DNA from: Catajapyx aquilonaris
Taxonomy: Eukaryota
Direction of reading: 5' to 3'
Length of the DNA: 50,452 nt
Assembly (NCBI GenBank): GCA_000934665.2
Contig: KZ538172.1
Span: 62,001-112,452 of the forward strand
Each line of letters begins with the position of its first letter. Within the stretch, counting starts at the first letter, position 1. The position numbers and the translations under genes were made by a program. This document shows, one piece after another, positions 1 through 13,048 of this stretch. The notes under the pieces are model-generated. The model saw nothing but the letters and a program-made list of their open reading frames with translations, searched no databases and was not told where the DNA came from.

Positions 1-99
1 GCCTTAGACAGCCCAGTGAATGATCGCGCATTCTGGACGTAAGTGAATTCACTTATGTCAAGAATGAGCGTTCAAAGGGACTTGATTCTCGTAGACTAC

Positions 100-1260
100 A
101 GTGTTGCAGAACGATATCGATATAGCCTATAATTTCTCCAAAAGAGGGCGACGGGTTTTGACATATATATCAAGGAGATAGATAGCAGCAGAGGTTATCC
201 GGATTCAAACTCCAGTTCGATCCAGACTCAATAAATACGTTTGGCAAATAGACTTTGCGTCAAGGGGACTTATGTAAATAGGGCTGGCACTGGCCTCTTC
301 CCGGAAGGATCGCAGAAGAGAAGGCCAAGGAAGCCTTCTAATAACTTGGGCCTTCCCCAGCTATCTTATTGCTCTTTCCACACCTTCATTACTCTTATCC
401 GAATGATTGATGTCCATGTGTAATTATGTTTGGCGAAAAAAATAACATTTACGTAGCGTAAGTACTTTTATCAACTCTAATAGTTCCCGACAAGATAACA
501 CCTTTCACAACCACATCAATTGTTTATCGTACGTACTATCTGTATTCCTCCGACAATATATCTCTCTTGTCCGCTGTACCCTACATCCGATGTGTCCACA
601 CTCGAGTATACCAGGATTATCCTAGATTTGTTGTTATCTCCGGAGAAACTTTAGCCAGAACAAGTTTCACCTGCTGGTTGTGCATACATCCAAGAATGAT
701 GGAAGAATAAGTAGTTCGTTGTATCACTTTGTATGCTATCAGCTCGTCCAAGAGACCTCCAAACGCCTTTGTCAACTCGACACCGAATCAAGAGCAAACA
801 CAGAATCTCAGGGTCTCTGACCCATCTTTGACCATATATGACGCCAAACGTGTTTTCAGACTCAGCCTTGTGGTCTAGTTTGTCATCAAATATTCTGTAA
901 TCGGAGTACTCCCTCTAATCCAATAATAAGCTAATGAGCAAAAGGCAGTCTCCAGACTCTCTCATTAGCCCATGTCAAAATTGGGAGGGCATGAAAAGTA
1001 ATTCGATCGCTTCTATGCTACCGGGTTCTGGTAATGTCAACAGCCTCCATATAATCACGGAAGGCACCAAATAAAATGCATTCTTGTCATTTCTCTCGCG
1101 AATGATTGGAATTCTTTGCAGCTCTCGGTTGTAGTGCAAAAAAATTGCGCATACCAACATTTTTGCACTCCTTTTCTCCTTTGGTGTTTCGCGGATAATG
1201 TAGAAAACGCCTTCTGTAACATTGTTAGGCAAGTTCCGTTCAGATGTCTGCACTCCCTAA
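100..1260 (-). mobile_element. Heavily decayed non-LTR retrotransposon (LINE) ORF2 fragment
   Basis: Degenerate motifs in order across frames: TPKEK..KML, PEPGSIEAIELL (~SPGPDGI), LISLL...RIFDDKL (~RPISLL..KIFE), VELTKAF (~DLTKAF), LLDIYVKTRRPLLE. Confidence 0.5.
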
Positions 1261-2499
1261 TAATTTACTCTCTTGCGACAATTGAAAATTGATCAGATTA
1301 TTTAACCGAATAAAGTGCCGTAATGTAATTGACTGCCACTTGTGATTAAATTGCTTGACTCTACGAGGTGCCAGAACATTTCGCTCATCATGCTGTCTCA
1401 TTTAGCCGTAGCCTTGACACTCATCTTAGTTATGACGAATAATGCAGCTCAAGATTAGCATGTTATCGAGTTGTTATTAATAATAATTAATAGAGTAGCA
1501 ACAGCGCGGAGACCACGATATTACACGTACAAAGTGAAGGTACAGACTAAGATGCATGTCAACACTTGAGACATTGACCTCGAAAACTGGAATTGCAAGC
1601 ACTGCCATGATCATGGTCACTGCTTACGTCTGACCCTTTTTCCCCCCTCGTATTGCACAGATAATTAGCTGTCTCATATAGATATAACGAGGAAAAGTGT
1701 CATAATAACGCGACACAGTCCTGCGAACTGCCTTCCGAAAATTGAAGGGTTTTTCCCGAAGACTCACATTTCCGAGGATCGTTGATCTTCTATCAGCATG
1801 GCTTCGCGTTTTTTCCTTTCCCTTTTTGTGCAAGAGGTAATAAAATTTTCAGTTTCTGGATGGCTTCCAGATTCGATTGTCTAATGTCCTACGGCGCCAT
1901 GCCGTCTCTACAACACGTTACTCTTCTGGTCGTTCATCCCATCACCTCTGGCATACCACCACTAGCACCACTAAGGATTTCCCGATAACTACCAAGCTAT
2001 ACCGCAGATACAGCGTATATACACATGTAGTGTCCCTGCCCTCCCCCCCTGCTCTCCCACCTCCCCTTCACCTCCCTCCTCCTATATCTATCCTCCCCCC
2101 CCCCCTTTCTATCGAGGTATTAAAGTCCATGGTAACAGATGCAGTCTGGTGATGTAGTAAAAAATATATATTTTTCTATTACTTCTCACTCTTTTTGTGT
2201 GTCGTCAGATATGCGTGACATTGACATTCATTTTAGACGACAAACAATTCGTGAGACTGTTATTTACAAACTCCTACTTGACTGGCCTGCATTTCAAGCG
2301 TATCTTCTGGATTTGGGGTAGGACGCCCCGATAAAAGGTTATATTCCGATCGCTTCAGAACAGGCAAATACATTTTGCAAATATGCTAACAATCGACATT
2401 CTAAGCATTTTGACATGACGTAACCATGTACGTAACTCCTGAAAATTTATTTTTACACAATTATCTGATGTTGTAGCAGAAAAGAGAATCCTTGCCAGT

Positions 2500-3090
2500 A
2501 TGAACCCATGACCTGATGTGTAAACAAGAGCCAAATCCTGGCACGAGGCTAATCATATCATGCGTGTCCTCGCCTAAATGTAACTCATACACCGGAGTAC
2601 CCAGCGGAAGGAATGAGCTTCCAGGCTAGATAGGCCCCGGTATACACTATTTTGGGTGTTGTCCGGAAAGTTTCTCCCCTCTGGCCAAAAGCGGCTATAA
2701 ATTCCTGGTCCAGGAGCAGCTCTGGATTAATCTGCTGAACCTGCCTGCTCAGACCAGGCAGTTGAAAGTGAAGAAGGAGAATATATTGCACCGTCATGCT
2801 TGGCCTTCCAATTTCTGGCCAAACTCTTCAGGTCTGGTCCTAATTGCTGTGTGCACCGTGCTTGAGACATTTGGTCCTAATGATAATTTTTTTGGATCAT
2901 TTTTTTTTTCTTCTCACATCAGCATCATTGTTATGGCCATTTGTCTTCCTGCCTTTTCTAACAGCAAATGCGGATGTGGACCAATACCGTGTCAGGCCAT
3001 TTAGTTGACATGCAAGTGTTCCAGGTTTCGTGGACTGGAACAATAAGAGTGTCTGTTATTCGAGATAGATGTTCTGGTCTGTATGTTAGA
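2500..3090 (-). mobile_element. Crypton-like tyrosine-recombinase DNA transposon fossil (frameshifted, internally deleted)
   Basis: NTCMSTKW (~NTxxSTKWA), KHDGAIYSPSSL, GLSRQVQQINPELLLDQEF, and an HSFR catalytic-type motif at 2604-2615. Confidence 0.55.
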
Positions 3091-5990
3091 GGCGGAATAA
3101 TCATGCATCGAGTGCTTGAGTATGCAACACCTGCAGTACCTTTTTGCGAGATCGTATGGGATCAAGGTTCAGATTCCGTAATTCGGTTCGTGCTAACTGA
3201 TATGACGTGAATTTCTTAGATTTGCAATATCAATATTATAGCAGGAAAGGAACTAACTAGTTACATGTATTCAATAGTAGGCCTAATTTGTAACTTAAAA
3301 TATCATACTATACTTTATATTGACACGTGTCAGCACAAATGTGACCGAGAAGAAGGTCAATAACGACTGGTACGGCGGCGTCACGATCACACGATATAAT
3401 TATTTTTCCTGCATGTTGACATCATAATAGACGTAGCGTTACATGGCTGTAGTCAACATATTTTCTAGTGTCATTTGTAATTACTGCTAACAAAAATGAA
3501 GTGCAACTTCCGCTGGCAACTTGGGACAGTTCGTTTTGACTGTAATCATCTTGAAAATTGAAATCACTAGAGAGTGAAATCAAATATGACGCTTCCATGA
3601 TGGAGAGCGGCCTAAAAAAACTCTGCAACGTCAAACGAGTACTTTCTCATTAAATATAGCCAGCCATTATTATGCAGTTCATTATGAGCTCGGCTATTAT
3701 TTCTGGAAAATGAATTATGCAGTACATAATCACGTGAAGATTTAGGCCATAGAATGCAGCTTGATATTGCCAGAAAGACTCCCATTTTTGTTACTATTCT
3801 GCTAGCGGTGTCTATAACTCGAAAGTACCGACTATAAAAGTAGTGAAAACGGATATCCCAGTACCGTTAATTCGTTCAAATCAGTAAAATTTATTGCCTT
3901 GGATACAAAGAGTGCTCAATAGTGATAAATGCAAATCCCTTTATGCTACGCTACTGCAGGGTAGGGGGAGACACTCAAAATCCAGATTGCATTGTAGGCC
4001 ACCTGATGTGTAACAATGCGATTAATGCCAAGCGCAATCGACATGTCAACAGACGGCACACATCGCTAGTGACATAACCCGAAGCAGTGTTGATGTGTCG
4101 AAATTCTGTCCCTTTTTTTTTGTCCATATCCCCAGTCGCCGAACTGTAGATAAACGAGGTTAATATCTTTTTAATCCCCGTCCTCCTGAACCATGCTGAT
4201 TACACGGTACTATAGTACAAAAAAGCAAGGACTCTTCGTTGTTACTGACAAGAACGGGACATACCGCACACGTCCCTGAGTTGTGTCAATGTCAAGGTTG
4301 GAAGTGGTCTAGCTTATGCATTGTCGGGAGCATGTCCGATTGGCTTCAGTTCCGTAATTGCAGAAAAGGCGAGTCTGCCTCGACACCAAGGTCAGAATTT
4401 TCATGGCCCGGAGATAAAGAATGGGATGCCAAGAAGTGGCGGATTATAATGAGCCAAGGAGCCAGCACACCTCCTTCGTTACGCCTCCGATACCAGACAG
4501 GTATTAGCACACAATGCAAAGGCACTTCTACTCCCGATCATCCGATGCGCATTATTAAGAAAATAATCCTCATTTTGGGATAAACTAATTAATGACTTGT
4601 CATACTTAATTAGTGCACCACATTACACACTGTATTTTCTTCGTCGGCTTATCTGTCACTTTGTCACCACATGACATGAACGAATATGACGCGCAACAAG
4701 GCCAATAGCACAGTTATATAAGGCTTGCGCATCAGTTATTCTTTCAATATGATGAATTGCTATAGTATTAGCAGTTTTATTATATATGGCTCAGTTTGAT
4801 AGATACGTTAATATAAACGACCTTCATGAATATGACACAAAAGTCGTTTGGACAGGAGAAAGAATAAAAAAAAGAGGGGGACTGTCGCCCTTTGTTCTTA
4901 TCTAGATGAGCGTTTTCACCCATCATACCGGATTCCAACATTTACGAGCAATCCATTAATTTGGACTGTCAGTCAGAAGCAGACTTCCACTTTTACAACA
5001 TTTAATGGCAAAGTTGACGCAAAAGACCCCCCCAATCCAATTCCTTCTGCTTGCATCCACAATAAGTAAAAAAAATGGTTCATAAACGAAAGGCACCGGA
5101 ATGTAAAACAATTTGGGCCATTTCCATTACCCCCCTCTCGACACGATCCTCCAGGGAAATTTTGTTCCGTCCAATGCTCGAATGATCTGGGAGGAAACAA
5201 TGCAAAATGAATGGAGCCGGTTCTTATTCATTCGCACCCGGATTCAAGCTGGCCAGTAGAATCATGTAATATTTAAGTAGGAATGCCACGGAGGGAGAGG
5301 GTGATGGGAAGCACCCTCCAAGTCAACCCCTATAAGTGGTAAGGTGGATCGTGTTACTGCCATTGTTCTCTCAAGATCTCAGAAGTGGCGTCAAGTTTTC
5401 AAGTAGGGAATAATTGAAGACTTAATAGGTACTGGATGATCGACTACTTGAATGTACAGATACAGTTGAATATTTATACAGCCAAATTCAATGTACGGAA
5501 GGCATTGTCAACGTCTCGCGCTTTGTTAGAGGGCATGACCTATAGCAAGTTGTTGCCAGACTGAATCGCGAAACACTGAGAAACTCGTGTAAATTTTGTT
5601 AAAATACTGTCACTGGTTATTAGTAGCAGTCATAATAACAGGATTAGCCAAAAATTAGTTCCGGAACTTCTAAGGAGCAGATGCGACTCAGCTGAATCTT
5701 GAAAACAAGACAACGTATATCTCTTTTCAACGTAGTCTTTGTGAAGGTGTTCCTGCCTGCTTGGCTCCTTTGATGGCGCAGTGGGTCGGATACGGCGAGA
5801 CTATATAGCTTCTATGGCCCGCGCGGCACGTGTATCCGACTACAGTCTCCTATATGCCGTACCACCATATACACAGCCGGATGAGTCCCAAGAGTACAGA
5901 TGGCAGCAGCTCGAGGGTAATAATTAAACGGGCGGGAATTCAAATAGCTAGGTTTCTTTATGATGAATATATATCACAATGGTGGCTTAC

Positions 5991-6055
5991 CTGATACTCT
6001 TTCGCTTTGTGGGCCTTTGTGGCTGTAGAAACGCGCTCTTTCGAGGCGCTTCCAT
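5991..6055 (-). CDS. Short candidate alternative first coding exon of the same minus-strand gene
   Basis: ATG...MEAPRKSAFLQPQRPTKRKSI+AG|gtaagc; strong donor, phase 2 like the 12444-11771 exon, with a similar basic end. Confidence 0.5.
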
Positions 6056-6539
6056 GAGGACGGAAAGAATTCCAGGAGGAGCACTGGATGCATATCGGTA
6101 TGTCTCACACCTCTGCGCTCTCTGGCCACACTCCTCCAGACTCGTCCGACACTGCTACCCACGCGCTAATAGTGACAAGTGGCAATCAATCATGGGCCTA
6201 TTTGGACCCTCCCAGCCTCCCAGCCTCCCACAACTTGCACCTCCTTTCTCTGGCAAAGACCATCACTCACCTAGCCAACCCTACTGCGTAAGCTGCTCAG
6301 CAAGATATTTAAACAGAGCTACGATAGATCCGACTCAGCACTGTGCATTTTTTTGTTGTTGTGGTCATTGTTGTTGTTGTTTCGTACAACTTATGCAACC
6401 TTGTTACTCACATTCTTACATAACCGGTCTTCAGTGTTCCCAAAAGCATTGTGCCGCCGATACTAATTAAATCAATTCGAATGGTACGCTCGTTTAGTGC
6501 AATTTCTTTCCCATAAGGACACTGTTCAGTAGTCTGACT

Positions 6540-7900
6540 AGTGCTTGGTAGGTGTCGATGATAAGCTTTGGGAGCCAGTTTGAAAGCCGGAGTTTGAAAA
6601 TAATGGACACTGGCATGTCCCCCCGAGTGTCCTTTGAACAGCGGGGTGGAGTTCGGAAAATGGCCGCCTGTAAAAAGAGGGTCGTAAAAGAGAAAAAGAG
6701 GCGTTTGGAGTCCAGCTCACGTTCCTGCCCAGCATGAAAGGGTTATCACCTAATGAGTCGGCAATTTCCGATCCTCCTGCTTTCAACCCCCTGACTCTTT
6801 CAGAAAAACTGCTCCGTCGTCCACCATATTGAAGGAAACTCTTTTCCTTCAACAGGCCAGGGGGGTCCGGGGGTCCTCTCTTTAAAAAATTTTCTGTAAT
6901 GGTTCTAGCCTGTGGCACAACTGCTGGCTCTTCAGGCAACAGCCTATCGATCCTTTCCTTCCTTCCTTTTTCCCTCCATTGAGAGAACAGCCCTTGCACA
7001 GCTTCCATGCCTGCCGGAATAATATTCGGAGCTTTTGCGGCTACCCTTTCTGGGAACTCTGCTCGTGGCTTCGTCATCCTTTTCACGACCTTCCGAAAGG
7101 AACCGTAATGTGCTCCTCTCAGCTGGAAATGTACGGGGGCAACGAAGCACCATCTTACACTATTTCAGGCACGTCGCGGTGGTCCGGGACAATTGTTGCG
7201 CTTCAGAGGAACCCTGTGTCCTTTTTTTTTTTAATGAACTTCAAATTTGAGCAATTGGGATCAAAACTCGGGGCTAAAGGCTGATACAGATTAGTGTAGG
7301 GGTCAAAATGCCGTCTCTTGGCATACATACGAGTGACCCCTGCGATTTCATAGAAAATGGTGTGAATTGCTTCGCGCGAGGCTATTTCCCTATGGGGGGC
7401 TCAGGAATTCTATCGCAAATTGAAGAAAACAAGGGAGTAGCAGATGGGAGTTTTCCTCGCAACCCAGCATTTCCCAGTGCTACTGCCTGTTCGATTTAGA
7501 CTTGGCCAAACACGATTACTGAGGCGGGGTTGGCTCAAAGTGAACTTCCCAACCTTCTATACAGACTGGGAAGGGGGCGGTAGCAAAAATCAAATTTGCT
7601 AATAAATTTCCGGGGGGGCTGCTTTGCTACATCCCCCTGCATGTTCTTGCAAATGTCTGCAATTTCTCTTGGAGCGATATCGCCCATTGAGACTATTTTC
7701 GTCCAAGAACCTGTAGACTGTAGTAGAGGGTACACTACACCCACGAGCATAAAGTTGGAGACTCTGCGGGCCTTCTCTGACCTTTCTTTATCCGACTCAA
7801 AATAATGGACTATTTTTTGGACAGAATTAGCGGAAAGAGTAACCCTTACTGGCGTGCGAGAGGCGGCAGGGTGAGTGGTGGCTGGGGGCAGCTTGGCTGT
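6540..7900 (-). mobile_element. Decayed LINE ORF2 (APE endonuclease plus linker)
   Basis: LVGVVYP (~VGVVYRPP), IVSMGDI (~MGDFN), QPPRK...FDFCY (~PTR..IDL), EIADSLGDNPF (~EIANxFNxYF), PVSIIF/NSGFQTG; many stops and frameshifts. Confidence 0.6.
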
Positions 7901-8166
7901 GTCGCAAAGGCAAGTATGCAAGGATTGATTTTTTGGATTTTGGAAGGGGTATGCTGTACCAACCTAACCTAACCAAGCCTAACCTTCCTTCCTTGCGGAT
8001 ACAGACCTATCTTCAGCGGATACACGCCTATCCTTTATCCTTGCTTTTGCGACACAGCCCGCTGCCCCCACCGACTACTACCCTCCCTCCTCCCGCACGC
8101 CAGTATAAGGTGAACTCTATCCGAATTACTGCTTCAGGAGTGTGTTCGTGTATTTATAACAGTGTA

Positions 8167-8480
8167 CTGGCTGCGGCACCCGGCGTTGCCCGGGAAGAAA
8201 TGAATGAAGGGAAAACACCTGCCAGTACCCCCGTCAACTGTCTGTCTTTCTGTGTGTCCGGCCACCAATGCCATCTGTGGTCCTGCTACTCCAACACCTT
8301 GAACCTCTCCAGCCTGTAACGGCAACCGTCATTTGCCTGCCATCTGTAGTCAACCCCCTACACCTCCATGCTCTCCCGGCCTGGGGTGGAGCACAGATGG
8401 CAGGCAAATGACGGTTGGCAGGCGGACAGACAGACAGAGAGACAGACAGACAGAGTCACAAACGGCTTTATTTATATAGA
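8167..8480 (-). mobile_element. Non-autonomous Helitron
   Basis: 5' A|TCTATATAAATAAAG then a (CTGT)n microsatellite. 3' hairpin CCCGGGCAACGCCGGG then CCAG|T (variant of CTAG|T). Inserted in AT without TSD. Internal inverted repeat 8321-8347/8393-8419. Confidence 0.8.
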
Positions 8481-9049
8481 TATTTGATAACATAATAGCT
8501 GAGATTGTCAGAGCACCCTGCCGAAGGTGAGGGCCTGCCGTCTCCAACTTTATGCTCGCGGGTGTACGTTTTGTCCGGAGGTGTTTGGACAATGGTGGAC
8601 AGTGACTAATCCATAGAGTGTGCATGAATCTTATATCGTCCAGCAGACAGTAGGACCCTCTCCCTTCCCAAAATGGGAAGGGAATCATGTCTCCTAGGAA
8701 ATGACGGTATAGTCAGTCGAGCGAGGCCAGGCTGCACGTGAATTTATTTCCGGATGTCATTTGCTCGTCAGGCTGCAAATGGCGCTGGCGGATAGGGGGG
8801 GACTGGGCTCGCAGGATAGGGGATATATTATAGGGGCGGCCGGTTGGGGAGTACACCAACATATATATATCTACTATATAGGGGAGGTCTAGTTTACGGC
8901 CAAGTCAAGCTTCCTCACACGTAAAAAAGTGGGAAAGGCAGGGGGGAGAATCAGTGGTACGATCGGGAAGAAATCAAATCCTGGACCGACTCATCTCTCT
9001 TTCTGGCCATAAAAAAGGGGAATCTGGCAGCCTCCAGATACGTACAAAT

Positions 9050-11580
9050 GACCTTTCATTAGAGGGGAGACTATGTTACTTCGATCCCATTATTAGATGG
9101 GGATAGTTACAGCGAGGTTTGTACAAATTGTGCGCATGAGCAACATGGGGCAGCCATTTTTGGACACTGACGAACTACAGGTTCAAAGGTACCGGCGTAC
9201 CGATGCGTGTGCTTGAGGGGGACCATCAAAATGGGAAGATGCGTGAGGGAGCTGGCAGTTAGTCCAGAATTTCCGAGTAGAAAGAAGAGCTGGAGTTCCA
9301 GAAATCAATACCGAATCCCCCAAAGTTGTGCGTTGGCAGGAAGGAAGGCACGCAGCCAAGCAGACAAGGCAGCCCTGGCTACGCATCTCTACGCACTTCC
9401 ATTTCCGCGCATTGCTCTGCCACCACCCCGCCCCTCAAATTCACCCAAAGCTTGTTACACCCCCGGAATTATGGAAGGAATTTCCATCGGCACATTTTGC
9501 TGCCTCAGCTTTTAATCGGCCAGCTCTTGGTTCCGGCAGAAAAATCCCACGATTGAATGAAAGAGTGGAAAAGGCCATTTTCGATTGGTAACCAAAATTG
9601 CTCATAATGGTTTCATCCAAAAAAATTATTGTCCAAATACATACGAATTTATATCAACAGTGCGTATACAACATTTTTTTGGGACGAAACTCTTAGGAAG
9701 GGATGCTGCAAGATGCGTCAAAGGATCTGACGTGATCTTATACCCTTCGGCAAAGGCGGGGTGATTTGTCAGGTGGAAGGCTTCCCCGACGCGACAGACT
9801 CCTTAATTAATTAGTTCAGTTCGCCTGACGTCTCCTAACTTGTCAAAGGCGAACCCACAACGCACCCAAATTCCGGATAGGATCTGGTAGAAACGGAAGC
9901 TCCATTTGGCAATACCGTTTGCTCTTTAATCCTCCAGGGGATTATCAAGATTAGAAACCCATTTTGTATATATTAGGGCTATAGTCATGCCTGCGGGATA
10001 GCCACATGCTACGAAGACATGCTTTTATAGTTGGTATACACCCTGTATGTGGTTAGTACACATGCACTGGCTTGATTTTCGGCCCGACAACAACGAGCAT
10101 CATAACTATACCAGCAAGCCATATCCAACCCGCAAACATGCGCTTGTTCTATCATAATTATATCGCAGGCTATTTGCATCACACAAATGATTGGGGCTGT
10201 GGCAGGTCACATAGTCCTGGGGGGGAAAACAGGGCCCGGGGGACAGAAGGGTCACAATTCATTACAATTTTTGCAAGATGCGCCTGGAACATATGTTACC
10301 TAGACGGTTGCAGATTTGCCAGGATAAGCAATCGAGCTACTGAATGTCGCAATGAATGGTGTGTGTGAATTAAATATAATTCATTCTAGGCATGAATCAC
10401 TCTAAGTGGAAGCATACCTTGTTCACGTGCAGTGATTGAACCGATTGAGAAATAAGGAGCCGGAGACGATTGTTTCCTGCGAGCAATTGAGCAATGAAGC
10501 TTGCTTGTCCCATCAGGCTTTGTTCGGACAGGAAAAAGCAACCCGGTACCGCCTCGAATTGTGTCAACACGATGGTTGGACCAGCAATTGAACCCATGGC
10601 CTTGTTTATACAGAGGGAGCCCTAGTCCTAGCCCCATTTTACCACATTTCAGCCTGTCGAGGGAGGGTTGGAAAGTACCGTTACCTCCGACCCCTAGATA
10701 TTTTTGACTTATTGTAAGGGGGCAATGCGCATTCACCCGCGCACCCAATTATTTACCCCTGATGCTTCCGCATCAAAGGGGAATTCATTACCAGCGGAAG
10801 TAGTAGCGAAAGGTGGTGTTGTCCGCCATGAAAATAATCCCTTGATCGTGCTGATCGAGTTATCCACCTCCATCTGGCCAGGCACGGATCCCTTTTGGGA
10901 CTTAATCGCCTCAATTGGCCCCTCTGTACTCCATAGGATTAAGCAAAGTGGACTCATCATCTTACCTGCTCCGACAAGTGCCATTCATCCTGTTTGTGGT
11001 GGTCATAAATACACTATAGTTATAATCAGATTGGGATTTTTCAACAACGGTCTTTGGTGGCGTTGTTGTCTTTTGGATGACCCTTGGGGTTGGCGATGTT
11101 GCCGAGTCGTTTCAAAACATGGTGGTCCATCCTCAACCATTTAGGATTAGTTGGTGCAAAGTATTATATCCTCAATTAGTAGAATACAGGATGTGTCAAT
11201 ATATCTGGCATTGTTACGTCATTTTCCTGCCGATTGTCATGTTGGTTCTGGAGGGTAAACCCGTGGTAGTGAGCGCGATTAACGTTTCGTAACAGATATC
11301 CTGCAAGATGGGGGTGAAGGGAAAAATAATGCTCCAAAGGTCGTGTTACTCGTGATAATATTAGAGGGTTGAGTTGGCTTCAAATCAATATTCCTAGAAG
11401 TCGATATGGACTCCAAATTTGTTTACTCTCAGCCAGTTTTGAAGGGGGAGGAAAATTGGGCTCACTCGCCAATAAAAGTCTCTTCTCCAGATCTTGCTGA
11501 TCTAATCATAGTTGTACTCTCGGATAAGGGTACCAGTGGCTTCATTAGGTTTCAATAGGGTTTAAATTGCGTACGTAATT
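9050..11580 (-). mobile_element. Decayed near full-length LINE ORF2 (endonuclease + RT; CR1/L2/Crack-like group)
   Basis: LIREYNYD.I..IW (APE start), KSQSDYN (~SDH), ALIYTKWVSNLDNP, AFDKL (9839-9850), LTNHPAF...TSDPLT, FLDET (~FADDT, ~9608-9622), YPHLI(Y)GIEV (~9075-9105), all in the correct order. Confidence 0.75.
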
Positions 11581-11770
11581 ATTCATGCTTTTATTTATGG
11601 GTTGGGACAAACATGCATTGCCAATTTTTTTGAAAAGATTGTCACATTTTCAATGGAGACAAAAAAGTAGTAAACACAATGACTGTAAAAATTTATTTAT
11701 TTGAGAACATGTTGCATTCTTCCCAGAAGAAACGTGCATCGTACATGCAATTGGTGTGAAAGGACTCTAC

Positions 11771-12444
11771 CTGCTGCTCTTCTTGCGTCGAACTTTCTTC
11801 CTGTGGGCCACGTCGTCTATTGCTTGACCTCCGTCGGGTTGAGAAGCAGATTCGGCATCGCTGACCGAGCCTCCTCGACCAGCCTCAATGTCAATGTCGT
11901 CTTCGGAGAAGCTGCTTCCACCTGCTGCATCACGGTGACTGGGTTGACGCCGGTGTACCGGGTGCTTTAGGTGGCCGTTGATGCCATTGACAACTACATC
12001 GCCGTTGACCATGCTGGGACCCGGCAGTGGTTGCTCTGGGTCAGGCACGTGGCTGTCGACCACTGGAGTTGAGGCATCGTCGCCGTTGACCGTCACGTCG
12101 TGGTCATCGTCGTCGCCCACAGCATCGTCGTCTTCTGGTACCGCGGCGGCATCGGCATCATGGTCGTGGTCATGCAGGGCGGCTGCCACCGATGCCACCT
12201 CTCTCACCTCTTCAATGTCCGAGTCGATGCCTTGGTCAAACTCCATGTAGAAGGAATCGCGGGAGTTGCTGGAGCCTCGGCGAAGCTTGAGGCTCAGATC
12301 TTCGGAGCTGCTGTGGTTATCGGACACCACTTTCACGGGCGCACCTGTGGCAGTGGTGATGGTGGCTGTGGTGGCAGTGGTAGTCGACGTGGGTGTCGGT
12401 GGTGGTGGTGGCAATGGCAACACCGAGGCTTCTTGTGCTGCCAT
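11771..12444 (-). CDS. Long candidate first coding exon of an unidentified gene (disordered acidic N-terminus)
   Basis: GC-rich ORF MAAQEASVLPLPPPPP...LRRGSSNSRDSFYMEFDQGIDSDIEEV...DIEAGRGG...RKKVRRKKSS. ATG in good context (agcATGG), coding-like codon usage, ends AG|gtagag (phase 2). Confidence 0.7.
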
Positions 12445-13048
12445 GCTCTGTCTCTGTCGCACACGCCACTTGTCCGTGGTCCTGCTTCTGGATGTCTTTC
12501 CCGAAGAAGAAGGCTAGGAGAAGCGCCAATGGTGGCGGCGGATGGAGAGGGCAGCCTGCCCTGGAGGCATCTCTTGGACAGTTTCTTCGGCACCTCCTGC
12601 TTGTCCTTGTGTTCCGGCTCTTCTTCCCCAACCGGCCAGCATCCCTCTCTGGATGCCGCACATACAAACAATGACGCCGGCTCTCCCCCTTCTCCCGAAT
12701 CTCCCCCTTCTTCGGCTCTCTCTCCCCACCACCCCCACTCTCCCGGTCTGTACCACACCCCTCACTTTTTCCCACTCCCCCATCCCATCACCCCCGCCAC
12801 CATACCCTACCACTGTTGCTCACAAAACCCGCGCCTGTTCACAGGAAGAAGCTGCTCCTGCACCATCTACACGCGTATTCCTCAACTACAATAGGGGACC
12901 AAAGTTAGCAAAAATTGGGTAGATCCATTCAATCTACTTTAGTCTGAAATTTATACGGATAGTCACACTTGACATAGGTCTATAGATTTTAAAATATTTT
13001 ACACTATTAATATTATCAATAACACTATGTAGCAAAATTTGGCTTTTT

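Noticed and set aside
6538..11600. Endogenous virus or Polinton/adintovirus cassette suggested by many broken ORFs
   Set aside because: Cross-frame translation gives LINE endonuclease and RT motifs in the correct order; no pPolB, ATPase, protease or capsid motifs were seen.
12100..12922. Long plus-strand and alternative-frame ORFs (264 aa etc.)
   Set aside because: Shadow frames of the GC-rich minus-strand exon and its 5' UTR.
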